DNA of 32,000 bases, taken from the NCBI GenBank assembly GCA_001430755.1, contig CP013062.1, positions 930,001 to 962,000 on the forward strand, read 5' to 3'. Both the position numbers and the translations under genes were made by a program. This DNA is from Candidatus Peribacter riflensis. GTDB taxonomy: Bacteria; Patescibacteriota; Gracilibacteria; Peribacterales; Peribacteraceae. Of this stretch, positions 1-8,129 are shown piece by piece. Below the pieces are notes generated by a model. The model was given only the letters and a program-made list of their open reading frames with translations. It was not told the origin of the DNA and searched no databases. Each line of letters opens with the position of its first letter. Positions within the stretch are counted from its first letter, which is position 1.

Positions 1-750
1 CTTCTGTAGAAATTCGGCAATGTGCTGCATCTGCCCCAGACCCAAGGCCGCCTGCAGGTTCGTCATGCGGTAGTTGAATCCGACTGTCTCGTGCACGAAG
101 CGTTTCTTCGGGGAATGGGCGAGGTCTTTGAGGGAGCGAACGCGCGCCGCAATGGCATCGTCATCGGTGACCACCATGCCCCCCTCCCCCGTCGTGATGA
201 TCTTGTTACCATAGAAGCTGAAGGCATTCACCGTGCCCATCGTGCCGCAGAGCCGATTCTTGTACGCGGCACCGTGCGCTTCGGCGGCGTCTTCAACGAC
301 GGCGATATTCCGCTCGCGCGCGAGGGCGAGGATCGGATCCATATCGGCGGGGTGCCCGTAGATATGCACGGGCATGATCGCCTTTGTGCGCGGCGTAATC
401 AGGGCAACGAGCTTGAATGGATCGAGAGTGAACGTCTCGGGATCACAATCGACAAAGACCGGTCGCGCTCCGGTGTGGAGCACCGCGAATGCCGAGGCGA
501 TCATGGTGAAATCCGGCACGATCACCTCGTCGCCCGGACCGATCTCCAGTGCCGCGAGAGAAAGATGGAGCGCCGCCGTGCCACTGGTCGCCGTGATCGC
601 ATGTTTGACTCCTAAATAACGGGCGAATACCTCTTCGAACTCCTGAATGTACCTGCCTGCGGATGACACCCACCCCGTGTCGAGTGCATCGAGCACGTAC
701 TGCTTGGCCTCGGCCGGGATGACCGGCTCATTCACGGGAACGGTCATCAT
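1..750 (-). CDS. DegT/DnrJ/EryC1/StrS-family PLP-dependent sugar aminotransferase (C-terminal end runs off the window)
   Basis: Absent from the ORF track because it is open to the window edge. Reverse-strand translation from ATG 750 (second ATG at 747) is open for all 250 codons: MMTVPVNEPVIPAEAKQYVLDALDTGWVSSAGRYIQEFEEVFARYLGVKHAITATSGTAALHLSLAAL...NAFSFYGNKIITTGEGGMVVTDD...GFNYRMTNLQAALG. It carries the family's TSGTAAL motif and the FYxxK(PLP-Lys)xxTTGEGG motif. Confidence 0.9.
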   Translation of the reverse strand, partial: MMTVPVNEPVIPAEAKQYVLDALDTGWVSSAGRYIQEFEEVFARYLGVKHAITATSGTAALHLSLAALEIGPGDEVIVPDFTMIASAFAVLHTGARPVFVDCDPETFTLDPFKLVALITPRTKAIMPVHIYGHPADMDPILALARERNIAVVEDAAEAHGAAYKNRLCGTMGTVNAFSFYGNKIITTGEGGMVVTDDDAIAARVRSLKDLAHSPKKRFVHETVGFNYRMTNLQAALGLGQMQHIAEFLQK

Positions 751-1160
751 GAGACGTCACGGAAAACTTTTGCCTGCGCGTCACCGGGGTACGGACCCTG
801 CTTCACCTCGATGAAGCGCGTCGGTTTGAGCATCGAAACGGTGTGACCGCCCGCGAGAAAGAGCATGCAATCACCGTCAGAGAACGCCTCTTCGGCGACG
901 ACATTCCAAGCATCATCGAAGATGGTGACTTTCATCTCGCCACGCTCGATGTAGAGGAACTCCGCCGCCTGGCGGGATTCCACCGTGATGCCCGGGTGCC
1001 GATGGGGCCGGACACTGTGTCCGGCGGGGCGCTCGAACATGCCAAATTGAAAGGCATCGTTCTGCGAGGTGAAGAACTGCGAGGTATCGATACTAATGCC
1101 CTTGCGCACGAAGATGGCAAGCGTGCGTCCCTGGCTCTGGACAATGCGGAGCGGATCCAT
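747..1160 (-). CDS. cupin-fold protein of the kind found in polysaccharide clusters (possible sugar isomerase/epimerase)
   Basis: C-terminal part of ORF 747..1493. It shows cupin motif 1, GHSVRPHRHPG...E...G, and motif 2, GDCMLFLAGGHTVSM. Start taken at MDPLRIV (ATG 1160). An alternative ATG at 1265 would overlap the divergent gene start at 1264. Its TGA stop overlaps the DegT ATG as ATGA (750-747). Confidence 0.6.
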   Translation of the reverse strand: MDPLRIVQSQGRTLAIFVRKGISIDTSQFFTSQNDAFQFGMFERPAGHSVRPHRHPGITVESRQAAEFLYIERGEMKVTIFDDAWNVVAEEAFSDGDCMLFLAGGHTVSMLKPTRFIEVKQGPYPGDAQAKVFRDVS

Positions 1161-1263
1161 GCCCGCATTGTACTGCAAAGTATGCGAGGCAAGCGGAAAA
1201 AATCGGCTCCGGATTGCCGGATCCCGCCGGCTCTGACAAGCTAGGGCATACTCAATACTGCCC

Positions 1264-2670
1264 ATGAAATCCGCGAGGCTCAAGATGATGCGCTGGCTCC
1301 CGGAGGGACTGCTGCTCGCTGCGTTCCTGTACTTCGCGTTGCGAGAACTCGGCACGTTCCCGGCTGCATGGGCGGATGACAGCCTCTTCATGCTCGTGGC
1401 GAAGTCGGTCGCGCAGGGGCGCGGGTACGCGCTGCCCATCCTCGGATACGACTGGGCGCATCCCACCATCCTCGCCGTCGGGCCCACGCTCATCTACCCG
1501 GTCGCGCTTGCCATCAAGCTCTTCGGTTTCTCCGTCGCAGCAGCCAGAATTCCCATGACGCTGTTCCTGCTCGGCACAACGGTAGTGACCTACCTCTACG
1601 TTGTGCGCACGTTCAATCGCACTGCCGCCCGGTGGACTGCTGCCCTCTTCATCTCGTTCTCCGCATTCATCAACACAGGAAAACCTGTCCTCGGGGAAAT
1701 TCCGGGGTTCTTCTTCCTCATGCTGGGGCTCTTGCTCATGCAGCGCGGAAGCATGTCTCTGCGCTCCGCCGTGATGACTGGCATCGCATTCGGGCTCGCC
1801 GTGATGACGAAACTTCCCTTCGGGCTCATTCTGCCCGCTCTTGCTGTGGCATGGATTGTCGCCGCATTCAGACGCAATAGAGATGAAAAACGATTCCTCC
1901 TTGTAGCAACAGTGAGCACTGCAGGCGTCGCGCTCATCGGATCGTACTGGATGGGTATTCTCGAACCGGGATTCCTGGATGAGATACGCATCTTTCTCTT
2001 CGAGAGGAAAAGTGTGGTCCCCGCAGACCGGTTTGTGCCGATCATCGCACGCCCGCAAGAACTGCTCCGCATGCCCTATGCGCATTATGCGCTCACGGTC
2101 ATTCTCGCACTCGTCGGCTGGTGGTCGGTGCGCTCGAAGGTGCGGGGTTCCCTTTCTGTCATCCTGTTTTTTGTCGCAACCCTCTTCACCCTTTACTGCT
2201 TGAACGGTCCGGGCTGGTATCGGGCACTTCTGCCTGGGACATTGCTCCTGCTGCCATTCGTGCCCGCAGGAGCCCGCGCGCTCCTCGGCAGGTATGGCTC
2301 CTTCGCACTCCTGGGGCTCATGGTGCTCCTGCAGGGGCACTGGCAATTCACGTACCGGGGCGCGTCCACCTCCCCCGAAGCGATCCTTGCAGCACAGGTA
2401 CTGGAGGATCAGTGGCAGAATCGCGACTTGGTGATCCTTTCGCCTGAAGTTTTTGTGCGACTCCCGGAAAATGCCCGCTGGCTCTTCTTCTCGGAAGAAT
2501 TGCGGGACGTAGAGCGCCAACCGCCCGCGCTGAAACAACGGATCGAGCAGACGAAGTGCCTCCCGGTCTTCAGAAAAGAAAGCCACGAAGATCTGGAGAG
2601 AAAAAAGGGGGCTTACCTCCCGGTCAGCGGACGTTACGTCGTATTTCCGGCCCCATCCGACTGCCCATGA
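1264..2670 (+). CDS. GT-C-type polytopic membrane glycosyltransferase (ArnT/PMT-like)
   Basis: 468-aa ORF with many hydrophobic helices. It has an acidic DD motif (AAWADDSLFML) in the loop after TM1, as in ArnT/PMT GT-C enzymes, and a C-terminal soluble tail. It is followed by GtrA and GT4 genes. Confidence 0.75.
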   Translation: MKSARLKMMRWLPEGLLLAAFLYFALRELGTFPAAWADDSLFMLVAKSVAQGRGYALPILGYDWAHPTILAVGPTLIYPVALAIKLFGFSVAAARIPMTLFLLGTTVVTYLYVVRTFNRTAARWTAALFISFSAFINTGKPVLGEIPGFFFLMLGLLLMQRGSMSLRSAVMTGIAFGLAVMTKLPFGLILPALAVAWIVAAFRRNRDEKRFLLVATVSTAGVALIGSYWMGILEPGFLDEIRIFLFERKSVVPADRFVPIIARPQELLRMPYAHYALTVILALVGWWSVRSKVRGSLSVILFFVATLFTLYCLNGPGWYRALLPGTLLLLPFVPAGARALLGRYGSFALLGLMVLLQGHWQFTYRGASTSPEAILAAQVLEDQWQNRDLVILSPEVFVRLPENARWLFFSEELRDVERQPPALKQRIEQTKCLPVFRKESHEDLERKKGAYLPVSGRYVVFPAPSDCP

Positions 2671-3056
2671 CCATGAAAATCCTCCTCCGCCATCTGCCGC
2701 AATTCTCCCTCTATGTCCTGAGCGGCGGAACGGCTGCCATCGTGGACTTTGGAACGTACGCCATTCTGATCCGTCTCGGCGTCTGGTACATCATCGCGAC
2801 GGTGGCGAGCGGCGTTCTGGGATTCGCCACAACATTCCTGATGAATAAGTACATCGCATTCAGGAAGAAGAGTGATTTCTTCAGGCACCTCTTCCGCTTC
2901 TTCATCGTGGATATGGCAAATATCCTTGTGGGTGCGATCGCCCTCTACATGCTGGTGGATGGATTGGGGACGGAAAAACAGGTGGCGAAACTCCTGACGA
3001 TGGGCATGGTCGTTCTATGGAATTTCTTCATCTACAAGTTCTTCGTCTACGTATGA
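2667..3056 (+). CDS. GtrA-family small membrane protein (polyprenyl-phosphate-sugar handling or flippase-like)
   Basis: MTMKILLRHLPQFSLYVLSGGTAAIVDFGTYAILI...NKYIAFRK...LWNFFIYKFFVY is the typical 4-TM GtrA pattern. Its ATG at 2667 overlaps the upstream TGA (2668-2670) as ATGA. Confidence 0.85.
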   Translation: MTMKILLRHLPQFSLYVLSGGTAAIVDFGTYAILIRLGVWYIIATVASGVLGFATTFLMNKYIAFRKKSDFFRHLFRFFIVDMANILVGAIALYMLVDGLGTEKQVAKLLTMGMVVLWNFFIYKFFVYV

Positions 3057-4111
3057 CGAAGACCGTTTGCGCCTTCGGCTACTTTGACCTCGAGGGACAG
3101 CGCTCTTGGGTGATCCGGAAGGGATTGGAGGAATCTGGATGCACCGTGTCCCTCTGTCGGACCGACGCGCGCGGCTTCTGGCCGAAAGTGTGCGACCTGC
3201 GAAGAAAGTGGAAGAGCCTCGACGGCGCAACTGACGCCCTCTATGTCGTGTTCCCCGGCCACTACCTGATGCCACTCGCCTGGTGGCTCGCGCGCAGAAA
3301 GAGCATCCCTGTAATCCTCGATGTCTTCATTTCGCTCTACGAAACGGAAGTCGAAGACCGGGCCCGTATCAGCGGGTGGCATCCGAAGGCGTGGATGTTG
3401 TGGCTGATTGATTGGATGGCCTGCGCGCTCGCGAACGTGATCCTCATCGACACTGAGGAGCACCGGGATTTTTTCGTGAGGCGCTACCGCATCCCGCGTG
3501 AGAAATTCCTCGTGATCCCCGTCGGTTGCAGGACGGACATCTTCACACCGCGGGCGGCTCTGCAGGAACAGGGATCGTTCCTCGTCCGTTTCCACGGCTC
3601 GTTCATACCCCTGCACGGCATCGAGGTTATCCTCGGTGCGGCCCGGGAACTGAAGGACGATGACGTCATGTTTGAACTCGCTGGAAAAGGGCAGACACTC
3701 AGAGTAATGCAGGAAGGTGCGGAGGGAATCGCAAACGTCCGGTTTGCGGGGATGAAGACACTTGGGGAAATCCCAGATTTCATCGCGGGAGCGGACGCGT
3801 GCCTCGGTATCTTCGGAACCGGAGCCAAGGCCCGGCGCGTAGTTCCCACCAAGGCTTTCGAAATCATTGCGATGGGTAAACCGCTCCTGACCGCACGAAC
3901 TCCTGCCTCCGAGCGGATCTTCCGGGACCGGGCGAGCGCACTGTTGACCACGCCCGGCGATGCGCATGATTTGGCAGAGAAGATCCGGGAGCTCAAAACA
4001 AACTCCCATCTCGCCGACTTGATCGCGCAGAACGGTCGAGCCCTCTTCCTCGCACAATTCCAGCCCCGCACAGTGGTGGAACCGCTTATGGCCTGGCTCC
4101 GTTCACGCTAA
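3053..4111 (+). CDS. GT-B (GT4-like) glycosyltransferase
   Basis: Start MTKTVCAFGYF at ATG 3053, overlapping the GtrA TGA (3054-3056). The C-terminal Rossmann half (FLVRFHGSFIPLHGIEV...VVPTKAFEIIAMGKPLLT) resembles the GT4 nucleotide-sugar binding region. Confidence 0.8.
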   Translation: MTKTVCAFGYFDLEGQRSWVIRKGLEESGCTVSLCRTDARGFWPKVCDLRRKWKSLDGATDALYVVFPGHYLMPLAWWLARRKSIPVILDVFISLYETEVEDRARISGWHPKAWMLWLIDWMACALANVILIDTEEHRDFFVRRYRIPREKFLVIPVGCRTDIFTPRAALQEQGSFLVRFHGSFIPLHGIEVILGAARELKDDDVMFELAGKGQTLRVMQEGAEGIANVRFAGMKTLGEIPDFIAGADACLGIFGTGAKARRVVPTKAFEIIAMGKPLLTARTPASERIFRDRASALLTTPGDAHDLAEKIRELKTNSHLADLIAQNGRALFLAQFQPRTVVEPLMAWLRSR

Positions 4112-5735
4112 ACAGCACCCAATTGCCCGCATCCTCCTCCACTTTCGTCAGCGGAACCTTGAGGCGCTTCACGTCCCACTCCGGTTTGCGCCGCACATCC
4201 CACAGCACGTACTGCACACCGTACTGTTTCAGCGCAGCCCCGGGATCGGCATCGACCGCTGCACACTCGCGCTCCACCAGCGCCACTTCGCGCTCCCGTG
4301 CATCCGTTCCGCGGTTGGCCGCGTTCGCGTCGGGCCACACCAAATGGATCTGTTCGGGGATTCGTCGCTGCTCATTTGTGAGAGGCCCCTGCGTGATGCA
4401 GTAGCGCCGGGCAATCTCCTCATGTGGCATCAGGGCACTCTCGAGGTAGATGGAGGTGAGGATATCGTGATGCGTTTCAATGGAGACGAACCCGGATGTG
4501 GATTCATCCGAAAGAATGACGGAGCGAGGCAAGCGGTCTAAGACCGGCAGGAGAGTGACAAAATGCTGTTCCGTAAAATGCGTATGATTAATGACGAATT
4601 GTTTATAAACATGGCGGTTATCCCACGTCGTGCCGCTCAGCATTACAGCTCCGCAGAGGAAAGGAATGACGAGCCTACGACTGAAGAAGAGGGATCCTAA
4701 GAGCAGGGAACAGACGGCCCCCAGTGCGATCGCGAAAGTGAAATGGGAGACGAAGGCGATGACATGGCCATGAAGGAGCTGCTGGTGCATGCCGATCCAC
4801 ACGGCCACGGGAACGAGAATGGCATACCGGTGGCTTCCGCGGAGCTTCGGGAACCGCCACGCAGCCATGAGCAGACCCAGGGACATGCCGAGAAAGAGGA
4901 TGGAGTAGACCCAGGATTCGGGCCGGCGCATGAGGTACATCCCCTGGCGAAAGGCGACCTGCTCGTAGAGTGGATGTTGCATGAGGTGCAGGATGCGCAC
5001 GGCAAAGAACCCCGCGACGACAAGCCCCACACTGATAAGAAGCAGGAGCATACCGAAACGCGAGTGACGAATGGACTGCCTTGGACGCATGCGCCACCAC
5101 GCGATGGCCTCCCACACGAACAATGCGCCCACATAGCTCCAGGCGATCATCCAGCTCCACAGGTATACGCCAACAAGTGCGCCGAGCAGGGCTCCCCCAA
5201 GCACGGCAAAGACTATTTTTCTCCGTTCGAGCGCCAGCATCATCAACAGAATGGTGATGAGGACCAAGAGGAAACTCGTGCGTTGGTGTACGGGGCGGTT
5301 GAGCGAATAGAGGAGAGGCACAACGAAGAGAAAAACACCGGCAAGAGAACGCGGACGGGAAAATCCGGTAAGACGAAAGAAAGCGAAGAGCGCGAAGAAG
5401 AGGAGTATGGGAATCACCGAATCCATCACCTGGGCGACGGTCGCCGCCCGCCATCCTGTCCACCCGAAAAGCAGGCCCTCCACCTGCTCGATGGGCGCCA
5501 GATGCATGCCGGGCATGTAGGGGTCTCCCAGATACGGCTGTGCGGACTGTTCGGGCCGGCCAGTGAGCGCCTCCTCGATGCGCGCGAGGTACTGGTACTC
5601 ATCCGAATTGAGGTGCACGAGAATCCCCTGCGACTCCGGCTGCATCAGGTACAGAAACTGCGGTACCTGCAGAAACGCCCCCAGCAGGAGCGCGCAACCG
5701 GAAACAATGAGGACCCACTTCGTGCGATCGGCCAT
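4086..5735 (-). CDS. polytopic membrane protein, GT-C-like or polymerase-like; function unknown
   Basis: 549-aa ORF with at least 10 hydrophobic segments, an acidic motif NSDEYQY in the loop after TM1 and a ~170-aa C-terminal soluble domain. It lies downstream of a Dpm1-like GT2 on the same strand. Its 3' end overlaps the convergent GT4 gene by 26 nt. Confidence 0.65.
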   Translation of the reverse strand: MADRTKWVLIVSGCALLLGAFLQVPQFLYLMQPESQGILVHLNSDEYQYLARIEEALTGRPEQSAQPYLGDPYMPGMHLAPIEQVEGLLFGWTGWRAATVAQVMDSVIPILLFFALFAFFRLTGFSRPRSLAGVFLFVVPLLYSLNRPVHQRTSFLLVLITILLMMLALERRKIVFAVLGGALLGALVGVYLWSWMIAWSYVGALFVWEAIAWWRMRPRQSIRHSRFGMLLLLISVGLVVAGFFAVRILHLMQHPLYEQVAFRQGMYLMRRPESWVYSILFLGMSLGLLMAAWRFPKLRGSHRYAILVPVAVWIGMHQQLLHGHVIAFVSHFTFAIALGAVCSLLLGSLFFSRRLVIPFLCGAVMLSGTTWDNRHVYKQFVINHTHFTEQHFVTLLPVLDRLPRSVILSDESTSGFVSIETHHDILTSIYLESALMPHEEIARRYCITQGPLTNEQRRIPEQIHLVWPDANAANRGTDAREREVALVERECAAVDADPGAALKQYGVQYVLWDVRRKPEWDVKRLKVPLTKVEEDAGNWVLFSVNGARP

Positions 5736-5755
5736 GAGAAGAGAATATCAGATTC

Positions 5756-6445
5756 TCACAGTAAACCGAGCCGGACCCTGAGCATCATGAGTAACCCCTT
5801 CCAGGCGTCAGAGAAACGGATTTTCTTTCCCTCCTCCACGGTGCGGGGATGGTACGAAATGGGCACCTCGATGACGGGAATGCCGCGCTTCAGGCACTTC
5901 GCGCTGATCTCCGCCTCCATTTCAAAGCCGTTCGACCGGAGGGCGAGGGATTGAAAGATCTCTATGGGGAGCAGCTTGTAGCAGGTGTAGGAATCGGTGA
6001 CGCGCTTCAAGAAGAGCAGACTGAGCATGGCGCTCAATACCTTATTGCCCCACAGAAAACGCTGATAGAGGCAGGGGTTCGGCTTCAGAAATCGTGAGCC
6101 GAAGACGGCACACCCCGGAGCGGAAAGAGCTTTCTGAAGCAGCAGAGAAATTTCGGCAGGGTCATACTCCGTGTCCGCATCCTGGATGACCACGTAGCGG
6201 GCGCGCACGTGCGCAAGGCCCATGCGGATCGCATCGCCCTTGCCACCATTGGGCTTGGTGATGACTTGATCCTGTGGGCGGGCCAGGCGGCGGAGGATCT
6301 CGAGGGAGTGATCTTTCGATCCGTCATCCACAAAAATCACCTCAGTTCCGTCGCTGCAGGCCGCAAAAATGCGCGGTATGATCGCTTCGAGCGTGCGCTC
6401 TTCGTTGTAGACCGGAACGATAATGGCGAGATGGGGCATTTCCAT
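5756..6445 (-). CDS. GT2 glycosyltransferase, Dpm1/GtrB-like polyprenyl-phosphate glycosyltransferase
   Basis: AIIVPVYNEERTLE...VIFVDDGSKDHS...NGGKGDAIRMG...VVIQDADTEYDP are the GT-A/GT2 signatures, including DxD. Start chosen at MEMPHL (6445). ATG 6439 or the track start at 6487 are alternatives. Confidence 0.85.
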   Translation of the reverse strand: MEMPHLAIIVPVYNEERTLEAIIPRIFAACSDGTEVIFVDDGSKDHSLEILRRLARPQDQVITKPNGGKGDAIRMGLAHVRARYVVIQDADTEYDPAEISLLLQKALSAPGCAVFGSRFLKPNPCLYQRFLWGNKVLSAMLSLLFLKRVTDSYTCYKLLPIEIFQSLALRSNGFEMEAEISAKCLKRGIPVIEVPISYHPRTVEEGKKIRFSDAWKGLLMMLRVRLGLL

Positions 6446-6530
6446 ACAAATGAACCATACGGCAAGGATGGCCGCATGGTCGCTCATCGGACACGGGGCT
6501 GCAAGATATTTGGCTTGGAGATTGAAGTCT

Positions 6531-6560
6531 TTGACGCTCCAGTCACAGCACTGTTACGCT
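6531..6560 (+). promoter_or_regulatory. candidate sigma70-type promoter (TTGACG-N18-TGtTACGCT), 6 nt upstream of ATG 6567
   Basis: TTGACG at 6531-6536 and TG-n-TACGCT at 6552-6560, followed by cgctgc and then ATG. The 10-mer CTGTTAYGCT recurs upstream of sufS at 20231-20240. Confidence 0.35.
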
Positions 6561-6566
6561 CGCTGC

Positions 6567-7898
6567 ATGCAGATGCGGATACAAAGGCGGGAGGTCTGGC
6601 TCCTGACGGCGATCGTCCTGCTCGGACTGACCCTGCGGATCTTCGCGCTCTCGTGGAATACATTCCCTCATGCCGACGTCGACGGTGATGCGATGGTCGG
6701 AGCGATCTTCCTCGAAACCGGCGGCCTCTGGATCGAACCGCCCGACCCCGCGACGGAGCGACATCCCTCCCTGTTCGCGAGAGATTCACGCGAGGGTACC
6801 CCATCACTACAGCACGGCCCCGTGTGGCTCCTGCTCGGTGCAGCTGCGACGAAGCTTTGGAGCGGCAGCACTCTCATGGATGTCTTCCTGAGTCTACGCA
6901 TGCTCTCCGTCCTGTGCGGAACGGCAATGATCGGCATGGTCTGGATACTGGTGCGCCCGCTCGTCAGCAGAAAGGCGGCACTGTTTGCGGCTCTCTGGGT
7001 AAGCATCTCGTACCTCCTCATCGATTTCTCGGGCAACGGAGCCTTCTACGTATTGCAGGGCGCGCTCTACCTGCTGTGGATCTGGATCGCGCTTCAGAAA
7101 CCCACACGCAAACGGGCGGCCGCTCTCGGCGCCGTATCCGGATTGACCTACCTCGTGAACTACCAGTCCATCATCCTCCTGCCGGCTGCCCTCCTGCTGG
7201 AACTGCTGCAATGCAGGCAGCAACGCGGATGCCTCCTGCGCATGGTGGTCGTCACGGCGGTGACGACACTTTGCGTCGCCCCCTGGCTCATCCGTAATGC
7301 GATCCTCGTGGGAGACCCGTTTGCTCACCACCTCGTAAATTCGAATTATATTTTCTCGAAGTCGGGCATACACGCCACCGTCGTGGACTACGTGTACCAG
7401 TTTCCGGGTACCTGGGAACGCACTGCTGCCATTCTCAGCATGATGCTCACCTCGTGGCTTCCCAATAACGCCTTCTACATCGCCCGCAAGCTCTTCATCC
7501 TCGCTCCTCTCGCGTTCATCTTCTTCAGTTACGGGCTCATTGACCAGACACTTTTGCATGAGCGCAGGAACCGCCTGCTGCCAGTGCTGATCCTCTTCGC
7601 CGCGCACTTCCTCGTCTCTGCGGGTTGGCCCATCACCAAGTTCCGCTACTTCGTGCCACTGCTCCCCTTAGTCTTCATCCTCTCGCTGGAGGCAATCGAA
7701 CACCTGGTACCGCGCTTCAGAACGCAGACTTTGCTCCTCTCTCTGATCAGTGTGAGTTTCGTGCTCACCGCCGCGCTCACGTTCTTCTCGGTCCCCACCC
7801 ACACCTACTACTACGACGGCGCCATCACCACCGATCCCTTCAGCGGCCGTGGAGAGTGGAACTACCTCAAGGATAACAATCTTCTGCCCTCTCCATGA
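6567..7898 (+). CDS. GT-C-type polytopic membrane glycosyltransferase (ArnT/PMT-like)
   Basis: Part of ORF 6423..7898. The plausible start is MQMRIQRREVWLLTAIVLLGL (ATG 6567 or 6573). It has an acidic loop motif FPHADVDGDAM after TM1 and many TM helices. It is divergent from the Dpm1-like GT2. Confidence 0.75.
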   Translation: MQMRIQRREVWLLTAIVLLGLTLRIFALSWNTFPHADVDGDAMVGAIFLETGGLWIEPPDPATERHPSLFARDSREGTPSLQHGPVWLLLGAAATKLWSGSTLMDVFLSLRMLSVLCGTAMIGMVWILVRPLVSRKAALFAALWVSISYLLIDFSGNGAFYVLQGALYLLWIWIALQKPTRKRAAALGAVSGLTYLVNYQSIILLPAALLLELLQCRQQRGCLLRMVVVTAVTTLCVAPWLIRNAILVGDPFAHHLVNSNYIFSKSGIHATVVDYVYQFPGTWERTAAILSMMLTSWLPNNAFYIARKLFILAPLAFIFFSYGLIDQTLLHERRNRLLPVLILFAAHFLVSAGWPITKFRYFVPLLPLVFILSLEAIEHLVPRFRTQTLLLSLISVSFVLTAALTFFSVPTHTYYYDGAITTDPFSGRGEWNYLKDNNLLPSP

Positions 7899-7987
7899 AA
7901 ACGCTCCGCATCATCCTGTACATCTTCATCACGGGCTGCCTGCTCTTCACCTTCGTGAACGGGGTGCTGATGAGACTTACCATTTGA
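7895..7987 (+). CDS. unannotated 30-aa hydrophobic peptide, MKTLRIILYIFITGCLLFTFVNGVLMRLTI
   Basis: ATG 7895-7897 overlaps the GT-C TGA (7896-7898) as ATGA. Basic residues K2 and R5 are followed by a ~20-residue hydrophobic stretch, which is single-pass TM architecture. Stop TGA at 7985-7987. It is below the ORF track size cutoff. Confidence 0.4.
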   Translation: MKTLRIILYIFITGCLLFTFVNGVLMRLTI

Positions 7988-7995
7988 TGAGAAAA

Positions 7996-8029
7996 AAACA
8001 AACAAAACACCAACAGAAACAAACAAAAT
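7996..8029 (+). repeat. A/C-rich low-complexity tract with direct repeat AAACAAACAAAA x2
   Basis: AAACAAACAAAA occurs at 7996-8007 and 8017-8028, separated by CACCAACAG. Its composition contrasts sharply with the GC-rich surroundings. It lies in the convergent intergenic region. Confidence 0.7.
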
Positions 8030-8091
8030 ATCGGAAACCCGACTATGTGGCGGCTAAGCGTAAGGGGGTCATAGGCGGAGCGCTTTCTTTG

Positions 8092-8124
8092 GTACTTTCT
8101 TTGTCGCCCTGACAAAGAAAGTAC
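8092..8124. terminator. perfect 14-bp stem / 5-nt loop hairpin between convergent genes (possible bidirectional terminator; no U-tract)
   Basis: GTACTTTCTTTGTC (8092-8105), loop gccct, then GACAAAGAAAGTAC (8111-8124). It sits 5 nt beyond the stop of the minus-strand GT4 (8130). Confidence 0.4.
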
Positions 8125-8129
8125 AAACC

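Noticed and set aside
1252-2586. 444-aa minus-strand ORF
   Set aside because: It is antisense to the GT-C gene. It is highly charged with an His/Glu/Arg/Cys-rich, improbable composition, whereas the sense frame gives clean TM helices.
4743-5954. 403-aa + strand ORF
   Set aside because: It is antisense to the 549-aa membrane protein and to the start of the GT2 gene. It is low-complexity and charged, so it is a shadow ORF. The same reasoning applies to 3047-4057(-), 6894-7607(-), 8907-9746(+), 9656-10555(+), 12978-13970(-), 14458-15132(+), 15096-15746(+), 16744-17370(+), 18386-19246(+), 22260-22949(+), 23953-24600(-), 26347-27225(+), 30423-31064(-) and 22-615(+).
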